64,000 bases of DNA from Oculina patagonica. Its lineage: Eukaryota. The stretch is from positions 9,114,001-9,178,000 of the forward strand of contig NC_135758.1 in NCBI RefSeq assembly GCF_052425735.1, written 5' to 3'. Below, in pieces: positions 63,210 to 64,000 of the stretch; positions within the stretch are counted from its first letter, which is position 1; the number at the start of each line of letters is the position of its first letter. Below the pieces are notes generated by a model that did not search any database, was not told the DNA's origin, and saw only the letters and a list, made by a program, of their open reading frames with translations. The position numbers were made by a program, and so were the translations under genes.

Positions 63210-64000
63210 TTACTGGGACCGTGGGACTTCTTCGATAATCAAGCGGGACACTGACATCCAGCCTGTATTACCGTTGGAGTTTCCATATCCAGGACAGTTT
63301 CCAATGTTAATACCAACACGGATTTTGCCCTTGTGAATGTTGTCACAGTAACCTTCTATTGCTCCTGGTCTAAGGTTGTCTTCGTCTGCATTTCTGATCC
63401 ATATGGCTGCGTCAATGGGTAGTGGACCGCTGCACTCGGCGCCATTGAAGGTAATGAACCATCGCTTACAGCAGCTGCCACAGCTACCCAAGTAGATGTT
63501 ACCTTGATAAACCACACGGAGAAAAGTATCATCTTTCTTCTTGTTGAAAATGCAATCCTACCGAAAATAATTAACTCCATTTTATTTGTTGCTACATGCA
63601 GGGGCAAACATGCTTTGAGTACAAATGTGGTTCTTTAACCGTTTTGGCTGTTGCATTAAAAATATTGAATGATGATGTGTTTTCAGTTCATCTCGATGCA
63701 AAAATGTAGTATTACCCTTTAATATATTTACAATAAAATGACACCTTTTTCCTTAAAATTAAAATTAAACCTTACCTTGATAAGACCAATGTCACGACTG
63801 TCCTCACCCTTCCACGCACACTGTTTCCAGTTTCTGTGGTCAGCGTCTGTACCATTTTGTCCTGCGTCTCCTTTAACACCACGAGGTCCAGGACGTCCTG
63901 CCATGCCTATCTCACCTTTGGCACCAGGAGGACCGTAAGGGCCTGGTATTCCGTTATGTCCATTAATACCATTACGGCCAGGAAGGCCAGGTGGTCCTTG
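63210..64000 (-). CDS. CTHRC1: CTHRC1-like gene E (5' part outside window): exon 2 >64000-63776, exon 3 63557-63210
   Basis: 17 Gly-X-Y triplets plus RNWKQCAW, phase-0 intron, intact C-terminal domain ending EEVPRSQ*. Confidence 0.9.

Noticed and set aside
57217-64000. D and E as uncollapsed alleles of C and B
   Set aside because: Intergenic sequence is strongly diverged, transposon content differs and B/E collagen lengths differ. Paralogy is more likely, though read depth should be checked.

Overview
AT-rich, intron-containing animal DNA. The gene and repeat content looks cnidarian, probably a stony coral; this is an inference. There are two main components. (1) At ~2.0-10.7 kb, a near-complete endonuclease-type Helitron (Helentron/Helitron2). 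Its ~2,500-codon frame is broken only by three small frameshifts. It reads: unknown N-terminal coiled-coil/basic protein - virus-like 2A/StopGo motif (GDVEENPG|P) - OTU cysteine protease - basic repeats - Cys-rich region - HUH Rep - PIF1 helicase - APE/EEP endonuclease. Its upstream region carries an antisense tRNA-like Pol III unit, and a divergent OTU remnant of a second element lies at ~36-37 kb. (2) At ~19-64 kb, a cluster of at least five CTHRC1-like secreted short-collagen genes: A and B intact, C a pseudogene, D frameshifted, E cut by the window edge. The cluster holds about ten duplicated or decaying signal-peptide first exons, variable Gly-X-Y length and mosaic paralogy. Many DNA transposons are interspersed, several with TSDs and paralogous empty sites in the window: a Sola3 element with ~0.8-kb TIRs back-to-back with a TTAA MITE, a TA-TSD element carrying a 126-bp array, and an Academ-like MITE inside a ~205-bp array. 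A 500-N scaffold gap is at 56495-56994.
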